This document shows, in pieces, positions 17,783 to 27,329 of a stretch of DNA of 64,000 bases. The stretch spans positions 1,804-65,803 of the forward strand of contig JAFEGE010000065.1 of NCBI GenBank assembly GCA_018240105.1. The letters run 5' to 3'. Under the pieces are notes generated by a model, which was given only the letters and a program-made list of their open reading frames with translations, had not been told where the DNA came from and searched no databases. Each line of letters begins with the position of its first letter. The first letter of the stretch is position 1. Origin of the DNA: Verrucomicrobiota bacterium. GTDB taxonomy: Bacteria; Chlamydiota; Chlamydiia; Chlamydiales; 2-12-FULL-49-11. A program made the position numbers and the translations under genes.

Positions 17783-19320
17783 GAAAGAAACGCCTCTCCT
17801 ATCTCTTTAAGCTGTTTGTAAACCTCTTTTTTACAAGAGAGTCTCTGTTCAAGGGCAAAAAGAGAGGTTTTAAGAGCGACCCTAAAGGCGAGTGTCTCTT
17901 CTAAATCCATAAAAAGAAGTGTACTTGCCATAGTATCTTCCTTTTCTAGAGCGAGAAGCATTTTTCCTAAGATCTCTTTTGCAAGAAGAAAGCTCTCTTG
18001 TAACTCTAAAAGGACCCCCTCTACAGCCTCTTTTGTAACAGAAAGAGGCGAGGCAAAGACTTTATCATAGATCTCCCCTCGTAAGTCGCGTGGGTTTTGT
18101 ACAAGAGGAGAATCGGCAGGTAGCCGCCCTGCCCCCTTAAAGGTAAGCCCTCCCTCTGTCGCCAGATAAAATGTCGTATCGGGATGATTTTTAATCACCT
18201 CTTCTATAGTGTCTCTCTCCATAATCCAGCGGATAAGCGTCTTTTTTCCCTCTTCTTCTAAAAGAGGCTCTTGGATGACATCCTCTGCAAAGACTCCGCT
18301 CGCATAACGCCTGCCATCAGTAAAAGAGAGATCAACCCCTGCAAAAATGATCGGATTACAGCCAAGATAGATAGCTGTCATAAGAGCAATACAGGTAACA
18401 GAGAGCGCCTCTTCGCCAAGATGCTCTAAAATCTTAGGATCTTTAATGCCGAGCCTCTCTAAGAAAAACGCCTCTATGGCGCCTCCCGTTCCCGTCGGAA
18501 AAAATCCAATCGGGCCGATATGGCCACTCGTTACACGCGGCTCTACGCGAGGGGCTATAACCAGAGGGACCCCTTGCGATGTATGAAAGGCAAGCCTTGA
18601 AAACTCCTCTGGATTGGGATCAACAGCGAACAAGAGATGCGGCGTAATATGGATAGCGTTTAAAGCAGAAATCGTAGAGCCCCCTGCAAAGATAAGAAGG
18701 TCATCCTCTCTTTTAAGAAGCTCTCGTGCCTCGCTTAGACTTGGCCCCGCCCCACAAATCACACACAGCGTATTTTTAAAACTCCCCTGCCATCCGTCAA
18801 GAGCAAAAGCCTCGGGTAGCTTACGAAAATTGGCAATAAGATTAGCAAACAACTGATGATAGCGAAGCATCTCTGTATAGATAGCATCGGTTAAGGCTCC
18901 TTTTCGTAAGAGCGTACGTCGTATTTCTTCAAAAAAGAGAGGATCTTCCTGTAGATTAAAGATCTCTATTTTGCCAAAAAACTCTCGTACTAAAGCAAAG
19001 GCAAAATCTTCAAGGGGGATCTCCTCTCGATAAAAGCGAAAGTGGATATTCTCCTCTAAAAAGGGCTCGGTAAGCCCCTCCTCTTCGATATCTAATAAAA
19101 CGGAAAAGCGCTTTTCTATGATGACAAGAGCTCTTCCTTTTTTTTCACGAGCCCACGCTAAAAGAGGCTCTATCTTGGCGCTGTAGCCAATCAGATAAAC
19201 GGTATCGGTAAAAGGTGAGGGCGAAGCTGTTTCAAGCTCTTTATAAAGAACAACTTCCCTTATCGCAGGAGCGAAAGCTTTCAAGAAGATAAACTCTGGG
19301 ATTTTTACTTCGATTCCCAT
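17773..19320 (-). CDS. DUF115 / MptE-like (motility-accessory-factor Maf-like) protein
   Basis: CVICGAGPSLSE...LIFAGGSTISAL...FAVDPNPE core resembles the Maf/MptE Rossmann-like domain. Paralog of the upstream gene. Confidence 0.6.
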   Translation of the reverse strand: MGIEVKIPEFIFLKAFAPAIREVVLYKELETASPSPFTDTVYLIGYSAKIEPLLAWAREKKGRALVIIEKRFSVLLDIEEEGLTEPFLEENIHFRFYREEIPLEDFAFALVREFFGKIEIFNLQEDPLFFEEIRRTLLRKGALTDAIYTEMLRYHQLFANLIANFRKLPEAFALDGWQGSFKNTLCVICGAGPSLSEARELLKREDDLLIFAGGSTISALNAIHITPHLLFAVDPNPEEFSRLAFHTSQGVPLVIAPRVEPRVTSGHIGPIGFFPTGTGGAIEAFFLERLGIKDPKILEHLGEEALSVTCIALMTAIYLGCNPIIFAGVDLSFTDGRRYASGVFAEDVIQEPLLEEEGKKTLIRWIMERDTIEEVIKNHPDTTFYLATEGGLTFKGAGRLPADSPLVQNPRDLRGEIYDKVFASPLSVTKEAVEGVLLELQESFLLAKEILGKMLLALEKEDTMASTLLFMDLEETLAFRVALKTSLFALEQRLSCKKEVYKQLKEIGEAFLSCF

Positions 19321-20954
19321 AAAACCTCCCCCTCTTCTTTATAAATTTTATGCCGGCCAACTCTTTCTCCCTCTCTATACTCCCCCTCTCGCCTCTTACA
19401 GTCCCTTCCATAGAGTGTATATTCCCCGTGACACTTACCCTCTTTATACTCTACAGAGCTTAAAAGATCTTCACTCTCGCTTGTAATAGTCCATTTTCCC
19501 TCCCGCTCCCCCTTCTTATACCTCTCTATCGCATAGGTTTTACCGGATGGGTATTTACGAATAAACTCCCCCTCTTTTTTACCGCGAAAAAAAATGCCAT
19601 CTTTCACAGCAAAGCTCTTCTTGTCCTGCCAAGCAAGGGCTTTTTGGTAGAAAAGGATCTCTTGTAAAAAGAGATCACCTTCCACCTCATAAAGAGGGCG
19701 AAAGATCTGCCACAAGGGGGCTAGAAAATATTGATAGAGCGGATGGTCTAAAAAAACCATCTCTAAGAGAAGCCTATCCCTTGCTGTGGGCTCTTTTAAA
19801 AGAAGGAATTTCTCTATCTCTTCTCGGATGGTGGGGTCATTAAGAACTAAGAGGTTTTGCAAAACTTTTGTCTTATTAACCCCGGTAGTTTGTAAAGAAA
19901 TTTCTTTAAAAGAGTCGTTACTTATGTCACTCAATAAGAGCTCTGAAACTCTTTTCACACTCGGCAAACTATCAGCCCATCTACAGCCAGCTTCTAAATC
20001 GCGCCTCTCTCCTCCATCCATGCCAACGACAAGAATCGGATCGCAGCCAAGAAAAGAGGCTATTTCAATAGCAAAGGTGCCAGCATTCCATCCGGTGTCA
20101 AAAGACCACGGCTCGATACCGCTTTGCCTGTAGAGCCACTCCTCTATAGGCCAGCCGCTGGCGTTTCCCATCCAGATTTTTTGCCCTTTGTGAGCCGCAA
20201 GAAGATGTTCACTAACTCTGCCTTGGTAGAAAAGTGGAAAAGAACCCTTTTGTAGAGGCGGGTTAGGATCGATGGCAACGCCATAATGAAATGGGATATT
20301 CTCAACCTCTAAACGCCGCATACTGGAACCTGCAGCGAAGACAAGCGCTCTGTTACCAATGTTTTTTAGCGCTGTAAAAGAGCGCTCTAAAGAAGGCCCA
20401 CTGCAAACAATCACAGCAGGAGTACCTTTATAGGCATCTTTTAAAGAGCGGCCATCTATAAAAGGATCGGCGTAGAGAAGATTTGCCTGCATATTGGGTA
20501 AGATCTCCTCTCCTAAAAGCCTGTAGTCTGAGAGAGCCATATGGATGCCATCTATAGCCTCTTCTAGCTCTCTTAGCGTCCCTACAAAAAAGGATTTTTT
20601 AAAGGCGTAGCTGTGGGCTATTTTTTTGTAGGCAAGGAGATCTTTTGTGATAATGGTTAGATTTGGATGGGGAGTAAACTCCTCTAGATGCAAAAAGGCG
20701 TAAATTCTGTTGATATCCTCTTCAACAAATACAACATGGCCACCCGCATTAAGAAAGGGAAGGATTTCAGAGAAACAGCGCCGTACTCTATCGATATAGA
20801 GGACCTCAGTACCCGCTGGGATAGAGAAAGAGATCTTTGGAAAGTGAAACTCCTTCTCTTTGGTAAGGCTTATAAAGAGAAGGGCTACAAGAGGATTTTT
20901 TTCCTCAAACCACAGGAGATTTTCGATACCTTTTTGCGAATGCCACAAGCTCAT
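19305..20954 (-). CDS. DUF115 / MptE-like (Maf-like) protein with C-terminal MORN repeats
   Basis: AVIVCSGPSLERS...VFAAGSSMRRL...GVAIDPNPP core. C-terminus has repeated YxxGxxxGxxxxY units (GKKEGEFIRKYPSG, YKKGEREGKW, YKEGKCHGEY, YREGERVGRH). Confidence 0.6.
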   Translation of the reverse strand: MSLWHSQKGIENLLWFEEKNPLVALLFISLTKEKEFHFPKISFSIPAGTEVLYIDRVRRCFSEILPFLNAGGHVVFVEEDINRIYAFLHLEEFTPHPNLTIITKDLLAYKKIAHSYAFKKSFFVGTLRELEEAIDGIHMALSDYRLLGEEILPNMQANLLYADPFIDGRSLKDAYKGTPAVIVCSGPSLERSFTALKNIGNRALVFAAGSSMRRLEVENIPFHYGVAIDPNPPLQKGSFPLFYQGRVSEHLLAAHKGQKIWMGNASGWPIEEWLYRQSGIEPWSFDTGWNAGTFAIEIASFLGCDPILVVGMDGGERRDLEAGCRWADSLPSVKRVSELLLSDISNDSFKEISLQTTGVNKTKVLQNLLVLNDPTIREEIEKFLLLKEPTARDRLLLEMVFLDHPLYQYFLAPLWQIFRPLYEVEGDLFLQEILFYQKALAWQDKKSFAVKDGIFFRGKKEGEFIRKYPSGKTYAIERYKKGEREGKWTITSESEDLLSSVEYKEGKCHGEYTLYGRDCKRREGEYREGERVGRHKIYKEEGEVLWESK

Positions 20955-21336
20955 TGTAACTAATAAGCCCCTCTTGCCACTGGTAGAGCCCTTGTTTTTC
21001 CTCTTGCCAACCGAGAAGAAAGGAGTTTAAGTTTGCGAGCGCAATAAAATAGGCGCCCATGTAGTAGTTATATCCGACTACTTGTTCTACCACATCTTGC
21101 GTTAAATGGGTATGTTTACATTCTATTAAAAGAAGCGGGTAGACAGCATGCTCTTCGTGGATATCATTTGCAAAAGCAACGATATCGCAGCGTCTATCAG
21201 GCACCCTCTCTTTTTTGATGTGAGGGAAGAGAGAGAGCTTTTTCTCTACTACCAAACAAGAGCTTGGAAAACCATACTCTTTTTCTAACTTTACGAGAAG
21301 AGCTTGCCTTACTACCTCTTCGGGCTTCCTATTCAA
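20905..21336 (-). CDS. type I restriction enzyme HsdR N-terminal domain-like (PD-(D/E)xK-like) small protein
   Basis: EEVVRQALLVKLEKEYGFP...CDIVAF...PLLLIECK pattern typical of HSDR_N_2 domain proteins. 143 aa. Confidence 0.55.
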   Translation of the reverse strand: MNRKPEEVVRQALLVKLEKEYGFPSSCLVVEKKLSLFPHIKKERVPDRRCDIVAFANDIHEEHAVYPLLLIECKHTHLTQDVVEQVVGYNYYMGAYFIALANLNSFLLGWQEEKQGLYQWQEGLISYNELVAFAKRYRKSPVV

Positions 21337-21949
21337 CTTCTAACACACCTAAAGATTTATCGCGTCTTACGTATAAAACTTTTAATTTTAGGTCTTCTTC
21401 TGCCTTGTAGACTAAGAAATTGTCATTAGAAAGGTCGATGCGCATAGAAGCCTCTTCGACCGTAAGAAGTGGAATATTACGCTTTTTACGTCTAACCACA
21501 GAAGGCGGCTTTAAGCTATCTTCTACTTTGTGTAAGTTTTCCTCTTCAATCTGATCATTAATCTCTGTGAGAGCTTCCTGCTTATGGTCGAGGACGTGGA
21601 TCGCCATTTCAACTTCAGAGGGCTTCTTGCCGTGGTGTGACTGTATAAGCCCTTTCCACTTGCGCACCTTCTGCATCAACTTGTCGTAGGCGCGATCAAA
21701 TGCTTGGTAAAGGTCATTTAACTCTGCATGGACCGTAATTCTAAAGTGGGAGAATTTATAGAGGATCTCAGCTCTATGAAATCCTTTTTGGATCTCTAAG
21801 AGGATGTGAACTTCAATGACAGGCGGTGTGATCTCTTCTACTTTTTTAATCTTTGTAAGAATGTGATTCCGCATAGCGGCCGTTACTTCTACATTCTTGC
21901 TAACAATCGATACCTTCTCTTCGTTTTGTCGCTCATCTAAAGATTTCAT
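21329..21949 (-). CDS. hpf: ribosome hibernation promoting factor, long form
   Basis: N-terminal VEVTAAMRNHILTKI (RaiA/HPF fold) and C-terminal dimerisation domain (PLLTVEEASMRIDLSNDNFLVY...VLYVRRDKSLGVLEV). Confidence 0.85.
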   Translation of the reverse strand: MKSLDERQNEEKVSIVSKNVEVTAAMRNHILTKIKKVEEITPPVIEVHILLEIQKGFHRAEILYKFSHFRITVHAELNDLYQAFDRAYDKLMQKVRKWKGLIQSHHGKKPSEVEMAIHVLDHKQEALTEINDQIEEENLHKVEDSLKPPSVVRRKKRNIPLLTVEEASMRIDLSNDNFLVYKAEEDLKLKVLYVRRDKSLGVLEVE

Positions 21950-22018
21950 ACGCTACCTCCTTGATCGTAAAGATCCAAAATAGCACGCTCTTAGATACCT
22001 GTCAAACGTTATACAGGA

Positions 22019-22651
22019 CTAGGCACTCGCCTCTTGCCATTTCTGCATATGTTGGAAACCGAATATAAGAAGAAGGACTGCAAAGAAAAAATAGCCCTTT
22101 AGATAAAGAAGAGGCGCTCCGATAACAGCAGTTGCCATTCCGAGAAGAAGGCTAATTTTATAGCCTTGAAACTTAAAGAGCGTCTCTAAAATAGAGGCCG
22201 CCATACGACCTCCGTCGAGAGGAGCGATCGGCAAAAGATTAAGCGTACACCATAAAATGTTTATTTTCATCGTAACGTATAAAAAGTAGCGGATGTAGTA
22301 GCTATCTAAGAAAAACCCTTGTTTAAGGAGCGTGTAGGAGATCAAAATGAGCATACTTTCAAAGAGAGGCCCATTCATTGTGATGACAAAATCTTGCCAT
22401 TTTTTTATCCGAAAGCCATTATACTCCGCCTTGCCACCAAAAGCTTCCAGAGTTACTGTAGGATTTGCCCCAAAATACTTCGCTGTCAGCGCATGACCAT
22501 ACTCATGGACCATAAGGCTGATAAATAAGACAAAGCCTACAATAAGGCTTTGCATCGATGGGTCGCGATAAAAGCCTGTAAAAAAGATAGCAAAGAGCCA
22601 AAAGGCCGGCTGTATGTAAACGGGAATCTGTAAAAAAGTGAACTGCAGCAT
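22019..22651 (-). CDS. site-2 protease family (peptidase M50) membrane metalloprotease
   Basis: HEYGHALTAKYFG HExxH motif within a polytopic membrane protein. Confidence 0.8.
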   Translation of the reverse strand: MLQFTFLQIPVYIQPAFWLFAIFFTGFYRDPSMQSLIVGFVLFISLMVHEYGHALTAKYFGANPTVTLEAFGGKAEYNGFRIKKWQDFVITMNGPLFESMLILISYTLLKQGFFLDSYYIRYFLYVTMKINILWCTLNLLPIAPLDGGRMAASILETLFKFQGYKISLLLGMATAVIGAPLLYLKGYFFFAVLLLIFGFQHMQKWQEASA

Positions 22652-22668
22652 AGCTTAAAAAGTGTAAA

Positions 22669-22741
22669 CGCATCGAGAGGGACTCGAACCCCCAACCGCC
22701 TGGTCCGAAGCCAGGTGCTCTATCCATTGAGCTATCGATGC
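22669..22741 (-). tRNA. tRNA-Arg (anticodon TCG)
   Basis: Reverse complement is gcatcgatagctcaatggatagagcacctggcttcggaccagg...ggttcgagtccctctcgatgcg. Anticodon loop CTTCGGA. Confidence 0.9.
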
Positions 22742-22809
22742 TTATACCCAAAATAATAGAAGAAGTGGTATTTTTTTGCTAGGAACATGGGAGTCATCGC
22801 GCCAGTTTT

Positions 22810-23385
22810 ATGCAAGCCGTTATTTTAAAGATTATGCAGTTCTATAACCAAGGGCGCACCGCTACCTTCTTTACGGAGACAAAAGGGCTTGTCCGTGTTA
22901 ATATACGAAAATCTACAGCAAATAACCTCTCTCCCCTTACGCTTATGGAAATCCACCTACAAAAGGGGCAAGGCGAGTACTACACACTGGGAGATTTTTC
23001 TTTACTAGACCCTATTTTAGAAATACGGGAGTCCTTAGAAAGGCTTAATGCTGGGGCTCATATGGCAAAGCTTCTCTTAAATTTACACTTCCCGGAAAAG
23101 CCCTCCCCACAGCTCTTTCTTCTCTTTAAGGCTTATTTGTTACGTCTAAAAGAGTCTTCAAATCCCTCTCTTCTAGCCGCAAGCTTCTCTTTAAAGCTTC
23201 TCAAACACGAAGGGGTTTTCCCGTTAGAGAGAGAAGATTTTTTTCTGCCTGTTTCTGAAGAGGAGTGGCTTATTTCACAGCTCTTAGCCCACAGCCGCTC
23301 TTTTTCTGCCCTGGAAGAGTTATCAGCCCCCTCTCTTATTGAGCGCTTAAACGCGCATGTGGGAGAGAGCGTAAAATCTTTTTGA
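22810..23385 (+). CDS. recO: DNA repair protein RecO (short form)
   Basis: N-terminal OB-like region followed by the helical region with the typical L..LL.LKLL...G..P pattern (FSLKLLKHEGVFP). 191 aa. Confidence 0.6.
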   Translation: MQAVILKIMQFYNQGRTATFFTETKGLVRVNIRKSTANNLSPLTLMEIHLQKGQGEYYTLGDFSLLDPILEIRESLERLNAGAHMAKLLLNLHFPEKPSPQLFLLFKAYLLRLKESSNPSLLAASFSLKLLKHEGVFPLEREDFFLPVSEEEWLISQLLAHSRSFSALEELSAPSLIERLNAHVGESVKSF

Positions 23386-23414
23386 GAAATTACACCTTTT
23401 GCAAACTGTTTAAC

Positions 23415-24809
23415 TTAGCCTATTAGAGACACATCCTGTGGCCTGTATTGAGCTCTTGTCCGCTTAGATTCATGATGAATAGACTTTGTTCTCTCAGCCA
23501 TTCTATTTTCGTACTGCAAAAGGAGGGTTTCTTTATCTATAGAGCCTTCTTCAAAGCCTGAGAGAAGATCCGTGAAAAAACTTCCTGTACTGATAGCTGT
23601 ATTACAACCAAGCCCGGTGGCAGGATCTACGGTTGCTGCAGCATCTCCAGCTAGTAAGACAAATGTCCCTTTTATTCTTTTAGAAAAAACAGCAGCTCTA
23701 TCAGCTCCAATCATAACTACTTCAAATTTTTTAAGAGATCTATGCAAAGCCATAGGACGATAACGAGACTCAGATCGCAGGAGAATGGCTATCAAATTCG
23801 CCATAGCAAGAGAGAGGTGAAGCCAGCGGCTTGCAAATTTCCAATAAGCAGCCTCAGCACTTTTAAGATCTTTTTTACATCTTGCTATCTCATCAGGAGT
23901 TGAAGCCTTTTCTAGAGCTCTCTTTTTTTCGAGATAACTTCCTTGCAGCGTAAGTATTCTAGCATTAATCCCATCAGAAAAAGCCCCACCTAAGTATGCT
24001 TGCTTAGGGGTACTGAGAGTAACAGCCCCTATAATTTGACGTCTAAAATTTTTCAATACGATGAATAAAAAGATAAGCTGTACTTGGTAATATATCGTTC
24101 TAGCAATATCGCCCATACTCCTTCCAACATATTTTGCTGCCGAGATAGCCCCTGTAATCTTTGGCCTTATATCTCTATATATAGCAGCAACAACTGGAAA
24201 AGATGGCAGTACTTGTATGCGGTCTATTCCTAAAAGAGCATTTGTGGTGCTACGACTCCCCTCCGTGTTAACGAGGATATCTACATCTTTAATAAGCAAT
24301 TCTTCGCCTTTAGAAGCAATAACCACAGCAATTTTTTCAGCCTGATCATTGATTGCGGTAACTGTTGCATCATAGGTAATCACTGGATCGGGACTAAGCC
24401 TACTTAACACCTCTTTCATAGCAAGTTCTAGATCTGTTAAACGGACATGAATTGAACCATCTTTGTAAAGCCCGTCTATCAAACTGTTTTCGAGCAAATA
24501 TTGATAAACAGCAAAGTCTTTTAACTTGGAAATGGCAGCCTCTGTCAGAGCTACTGTATTTATGCGACCATTTCCACCCTCCGAGCGCTTTTCTATGACC
24601 TGTACGGGATTTCCATGCATTACAGCTTCAATAGCTCTTAATAAACCGGCAGGTCCTGCACCCAGAATGACTACTGAAGCCTTAGAGATAGTTCTAGGAG
24701 CTATCCTACTCCTTAAGAGCTCTATTTGCTCTTTAAAAGAGGTAGCTATTAAAGGCGCCTCAACTGGAGAAGTAAAAGTAGGAATATATACGGGTGCTAT
24801 AGAGCTCAT
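23415..24809 (-). CDS. FAD-dependent monooxygenase/oxidoreductase with an internal insertion
   Basis: VVILGAGPAGLLRAIEA dinucleotide-binding motif and LLAGDAAATVDPATGLGCNTA FAD-contact motif. They are separated by a longer than usual middle region containing a hydrophobic stretch. Confidence 0.7.
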   Translation of the reverse strand: MSSIAPVYIPTFTSPVEAPLIATSFKEQIELLRSRIAPRTISKASVVILGAGPAGLLRAIEAVMHGNPVQVIEKRSEGGNGRINTVALTEAAISKLKDFAVYQYLLENSLIDGLYKDGSIHVRLTDLELAMKEVLSRLSPDPVITYDATVTAINDQAEKIAVVIASKGEELLIKDVDILVNTEGSRSTTNALLGIDRIQVLPSFPVVAAIYRDIRPKITGAISAAKYVGRSMGDIARTIYYQVQLIFLFIVLKNFRRQIIGAVTLSTPKQAYLGGAFSDGINARILTLQGSYLEKKRALEKASTPDEIARCKKDLKSAEAAYWKFASRWLHLSLAMANLIAILLRSESRYRPMALHRSLKKFEVVMIGADRAAVFSKRIKGTFVLLAGDAAATVDPATGLGCNTAISTGSFFTDLLSGFEEGSIDKETLLLQYENRMAERTKSIHHESKRTRAQYRPQDVSLIG

Positions 24810-24886
24810 TGTAATTTATGATTATAATTAATGATTAAAAAATCATAACATTTTTAATACAATAAATCAATTTTAAATATTATATA

Positions 24887-25630
24887 TTAAAGATTATAAA
24901 TATAATTACATAAAGAAAGGCGATCCCTATTACCCTCTGTAAGTCCAGGGAGAAGGGCCTGTAAAAATAAATTTTTACCATCCAAAAGAAGAGGATCGTA
25001 CTCAAAATGGACCCCACTTAAAATCGCTCTCCCCTTTCCAATAGAGCATGCAATAATAGCAGGAAAAGGGGCTTTGAGGTCATAATAGGCTAAAACCTCG
25101 ATACCAGGGCTCTTTTCTGCCTCTACAAAGTAGGAACCGCCATTATAATAGACAAAAAACTCCTTTCCTTTAGGAAACCCTTTGTTATCCCCCCAGAGGA
25201 TCCTTGCACATCTAGCCCCCTCTTCGCTTTGAGGAACCCAGGGGGCTAAAATAGGACCTTTAGCCGTCCCCTTAAAAAAGGCGAGTTTACGCGCTTCTTG
25301 GATTTCTAAAGGCTCTCCCTTCGCAAAGTCGACAAAGGCGCTACTATAGTAGGCTCCAGCGCAAATCCCTATATAAAGGCCGCCCTCCTCCACGTAGCTT
25401 CGAATCTTCTCTAGCCGCGCTCCCTTTAAAATTTTTGCATAAGGAAGATCTAACCCTCCTGGTAAGACAAAAAGAGCGGCATCTTTCTCCCAGGAGGCCT
25501 CTAAAAGCTGTTTAGGAGAGAGCTTTTTAATCTTATCTATTGGAAAGAAGTTTTTTAAACTAGCGATGGTCTGACTAATGCTTTGCAAAGAAGCGCCAGG
25601 ACCACCATAGATATAAGCAGTGTCTTGCAA
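24887..25630 (-). CDS. class I glutamine amidotransferase-like protein (BPL_N-type domain)
   Basis: LFVLPGGLDLPYAKILKG...YVEEGGLYIGICAGAYY is a nucleophile-elbow-like motif typical of BPL_N/GATase1-like proteins. TTG start. Confidence 0.55.
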   Translation of the reverse strand: MQDTAYIYGGPGASLQSISQTIASLKNFFPIDKIKKLSPKQLLEASWEKDAALFVLPGGLDLPYAKILKGARLEKIRSYVEEGGLYIGICAGAYYSSAFVDFAKGEPLEIQEARKLAFFKGTAKGPILAPWVPQSEEGARCARILWGDNKGFPKGKEFFVYYNGGSYFVEAEKSPGIEVLAYYDLKAPFPAIIACSIGKGRAILSGVHFEYDPLLLDGKNLFLQALLPGLTEGNRDRLSLCNYIYNL

Positions 25631-25647
25631 GAGAGGTCCATAAGATA

Positions 25648-25730
25648 TGCGGAAAGGGGGACTTGAACCCCCACAGGATTTCTCCCACTACCACCTCAAA
25701 GTAGCGCGTCTACCATTTCGCCACTTCCGC
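25648..25730 (-). tRNA. tRNA-Leu (anticodon GAG)
   Basis: Reverse complement is gcggaagtggcgaaatggtagacgcgctactttgaggtggtag...ggttcaagtccccctttccgca. Loop TTGAGGT. Long variable arm. Confidence 0.9.
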
Positions 25731-25780
25731 TTTTTAGGAAAAGGCAATATCATAGAGAATCTCTAAAAAAAGAAGCAAGC

Positions 25781-26032
25781 ATGAAAACACTTTCTATTTT
25801 TCTTATCCGTCTTTACCAGATACTGATCCGCCCTATGATAGGAGAATACTGCCGCTTTTACCCCACTTGCTCACACTACGCAATTACTTCTCTAAAAGAT
25901 CATGGCTTCTGGAAAGGGTGGTATTTTACGACCAAAAGGCTTCTAAAGTGTGGCCCATGGCACCCGGGTGGGGTTGATCTTCCTAAAGAGAGGGCCTCTA
26001 GAAAGAATTCGAATATGAATTCCGGCCTTTAG
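25781..26032 (+). CDS. yidD: membrane protein insertion efficiency factor YidD
   Basis: LIRLYQILIRP...CRFYPTCSHYA...GPWHPGGVD signature. Confidence 0.9.
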   Translation: MKTLSIFLIRLYQILIRPMIGEYCRFYPTCSHYAITSLKDHGFWKGWYFTTKRLLKCGPWHPGGVDLPKERASRKNSNMNSGL

Positions 26033-26038
26033 GCAATT

Positions 26039-27247
26039 TTAAGGAATAAAGAGCGCCTGGCCGGGGCGGAGACGATCGGAATCGAGTTGATTTAAGTCCT
26101 TTAAGACTTCAATCGTTGTGTGGTGTTTACGAGCAAGCTTCCAAAGGCTATCGCCTGCTTCTACAACGATTTTCTTAGAGGGGGTTTTGGTCTTAGGTTT
26201 TACCTCTTGTAAGACTACTGGTTGCACAGTAACAGGAGGCGTCTCTACATAGGTCGGGATAAAGCGCTTGATGGCTACGGCGTGATCGTATGGAGCTGGC
26301 GGCTTCTCTCCTGCTAAGCTGTAGAGTTTCAAGGCTGCTTCTTTTCGTAGCGCATCAGAGCGAACGCTAGCAAGAAGAGATTTTAAGGTGAGCTGCACAG
26401 GAACTGTCGACTCTTCTAATAAACTGATAAACCGTATGAGCAACTTATCATCCATGTTGCGTAGGACGTATTCGCTATCGATACGCAGCCAGAGGTGAGC
26501 CGCCTTTTTTGAGCCGATCTCTACATATTTTTGTAAAAAGGCTCGCATTGTTTCAATAGTTGGGGGCTTGCCTATAAAGGAGCTTACCACATCAAAAGAG
26601 CCCTCTAGAAGAATAGTAAGCGCCTCAAGCTGTAATAGACGCTCTTCCCCACGGGTTAAAATTGTATAGAGCGACTGGAAATCGGGAGTAGCAAAGAAGG
26701 CGGCTTGAAGGGTTTGAGGGGCATTTGATCCTGTTTTTTTTAGCTCTAAAAAAAGTCCCTCTCCGGTAAGGGGCCATCTCTCTTCTGCGATATATTGAGT
26801 TATCATTTGAAAATGGCGATCTTCAAGCCCTGGAAAGGCTAATAGTTCAAAAATTTCTCCACCCTCTTTATGGATGAAAGCGAGCCTTCTTTTAGGAAGT
26901 GTAAGACAGGGAAGCGCCTTTTCTATGGCAAAGTAGTGGTAGTTTACAAGACAAGCAAGGGCAAGATCTCTTTTTCTATACCCATCTTGCAGAAGAGTCA
27001 TATCGTAGAGCTCCCCTACTAAGTCCGTAAAAGAAGCCGAAAAGTAGTGTACTAAAACCTCTGTATTACTCTCCTTTAAACGAACTTCTTTAACAAGAGA
27101 TTTACCGAGGCGCTCATTTTTCTTATCCCGAAAAGAGAAGAAAAGTAAAAGAGCTAAACCCACATTGAGGGTTACACTCCACAAAGTCACATGTGTTAAG
27201 AGCCGGATCTTCTTAATCCAGGGATTTTCAAAAGGTTCCATTTCCAT
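26039..27247 (-). CDS. LysM domain-containing membrane-anchored protein
   Basis: N-terminal TM helix. C-terminal LysM (VVEAGDSLWKLARKHHTTIEVLKDLNQLDSDRLRPGQALFIP). Confidence 0.7.
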   Translation of the reverse strand: MEMEPFENPWIKKIRLLTHVTLWSVTLNVGLALLLFFSFRDKKNERLGKSLVKEVRLKESNTEVLVHYFSASFTDLVGELYDMTLLQDGYRKRDLALACLVNYHYFAIEKALPCLTLPKRRLAFIHKEGGEIFELLAFPGLEDRHFQMITQYIAEERWPLTGEGLFLELKKTGSNAPQTLQAAFFATPDFQSLYTILTRGEERLLQLEALTILLEGSFDVVSSFIGKPPTIETMRAFLQKYVEIGSKKAAHLWLRIDSEYVLRNMDDKLLIRFISLLEESTVPVQLTLKSLLASVRSDALRKEAALKLYSLAGEKPPAPYDHAVAIKRFIPTYVETPPVTVQPVVLQEVKPKTKTPSKKIVVEAGDSLWKLARKHHTTIEVLKDLNQLDSDRLRPGQALFIP

Positions 27248-27329
27248 AAGAGGTTTTTTGAATTTACTCGACTATAAAATAGGGTGTCAACAAAATTAAG
27301 AAAAACAGTATACTACTTACAAAAAGAAT

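Noticed and set aside
20905-21336. HsdR_N-like protein as evidence of a type I restriction-modification system
   Set aside because: Only the small N-terminal nuclease-like domain is present (143 aa). There are no HsdM, HsdS or helicase modules in the window.
22503-22751. 82-aa minus ORF covering tRNA-Arg(TCG)
   Set aside because: It is entirely explained by the tRNA gene plus the 5' end of the M50 protease region, with no RBS.
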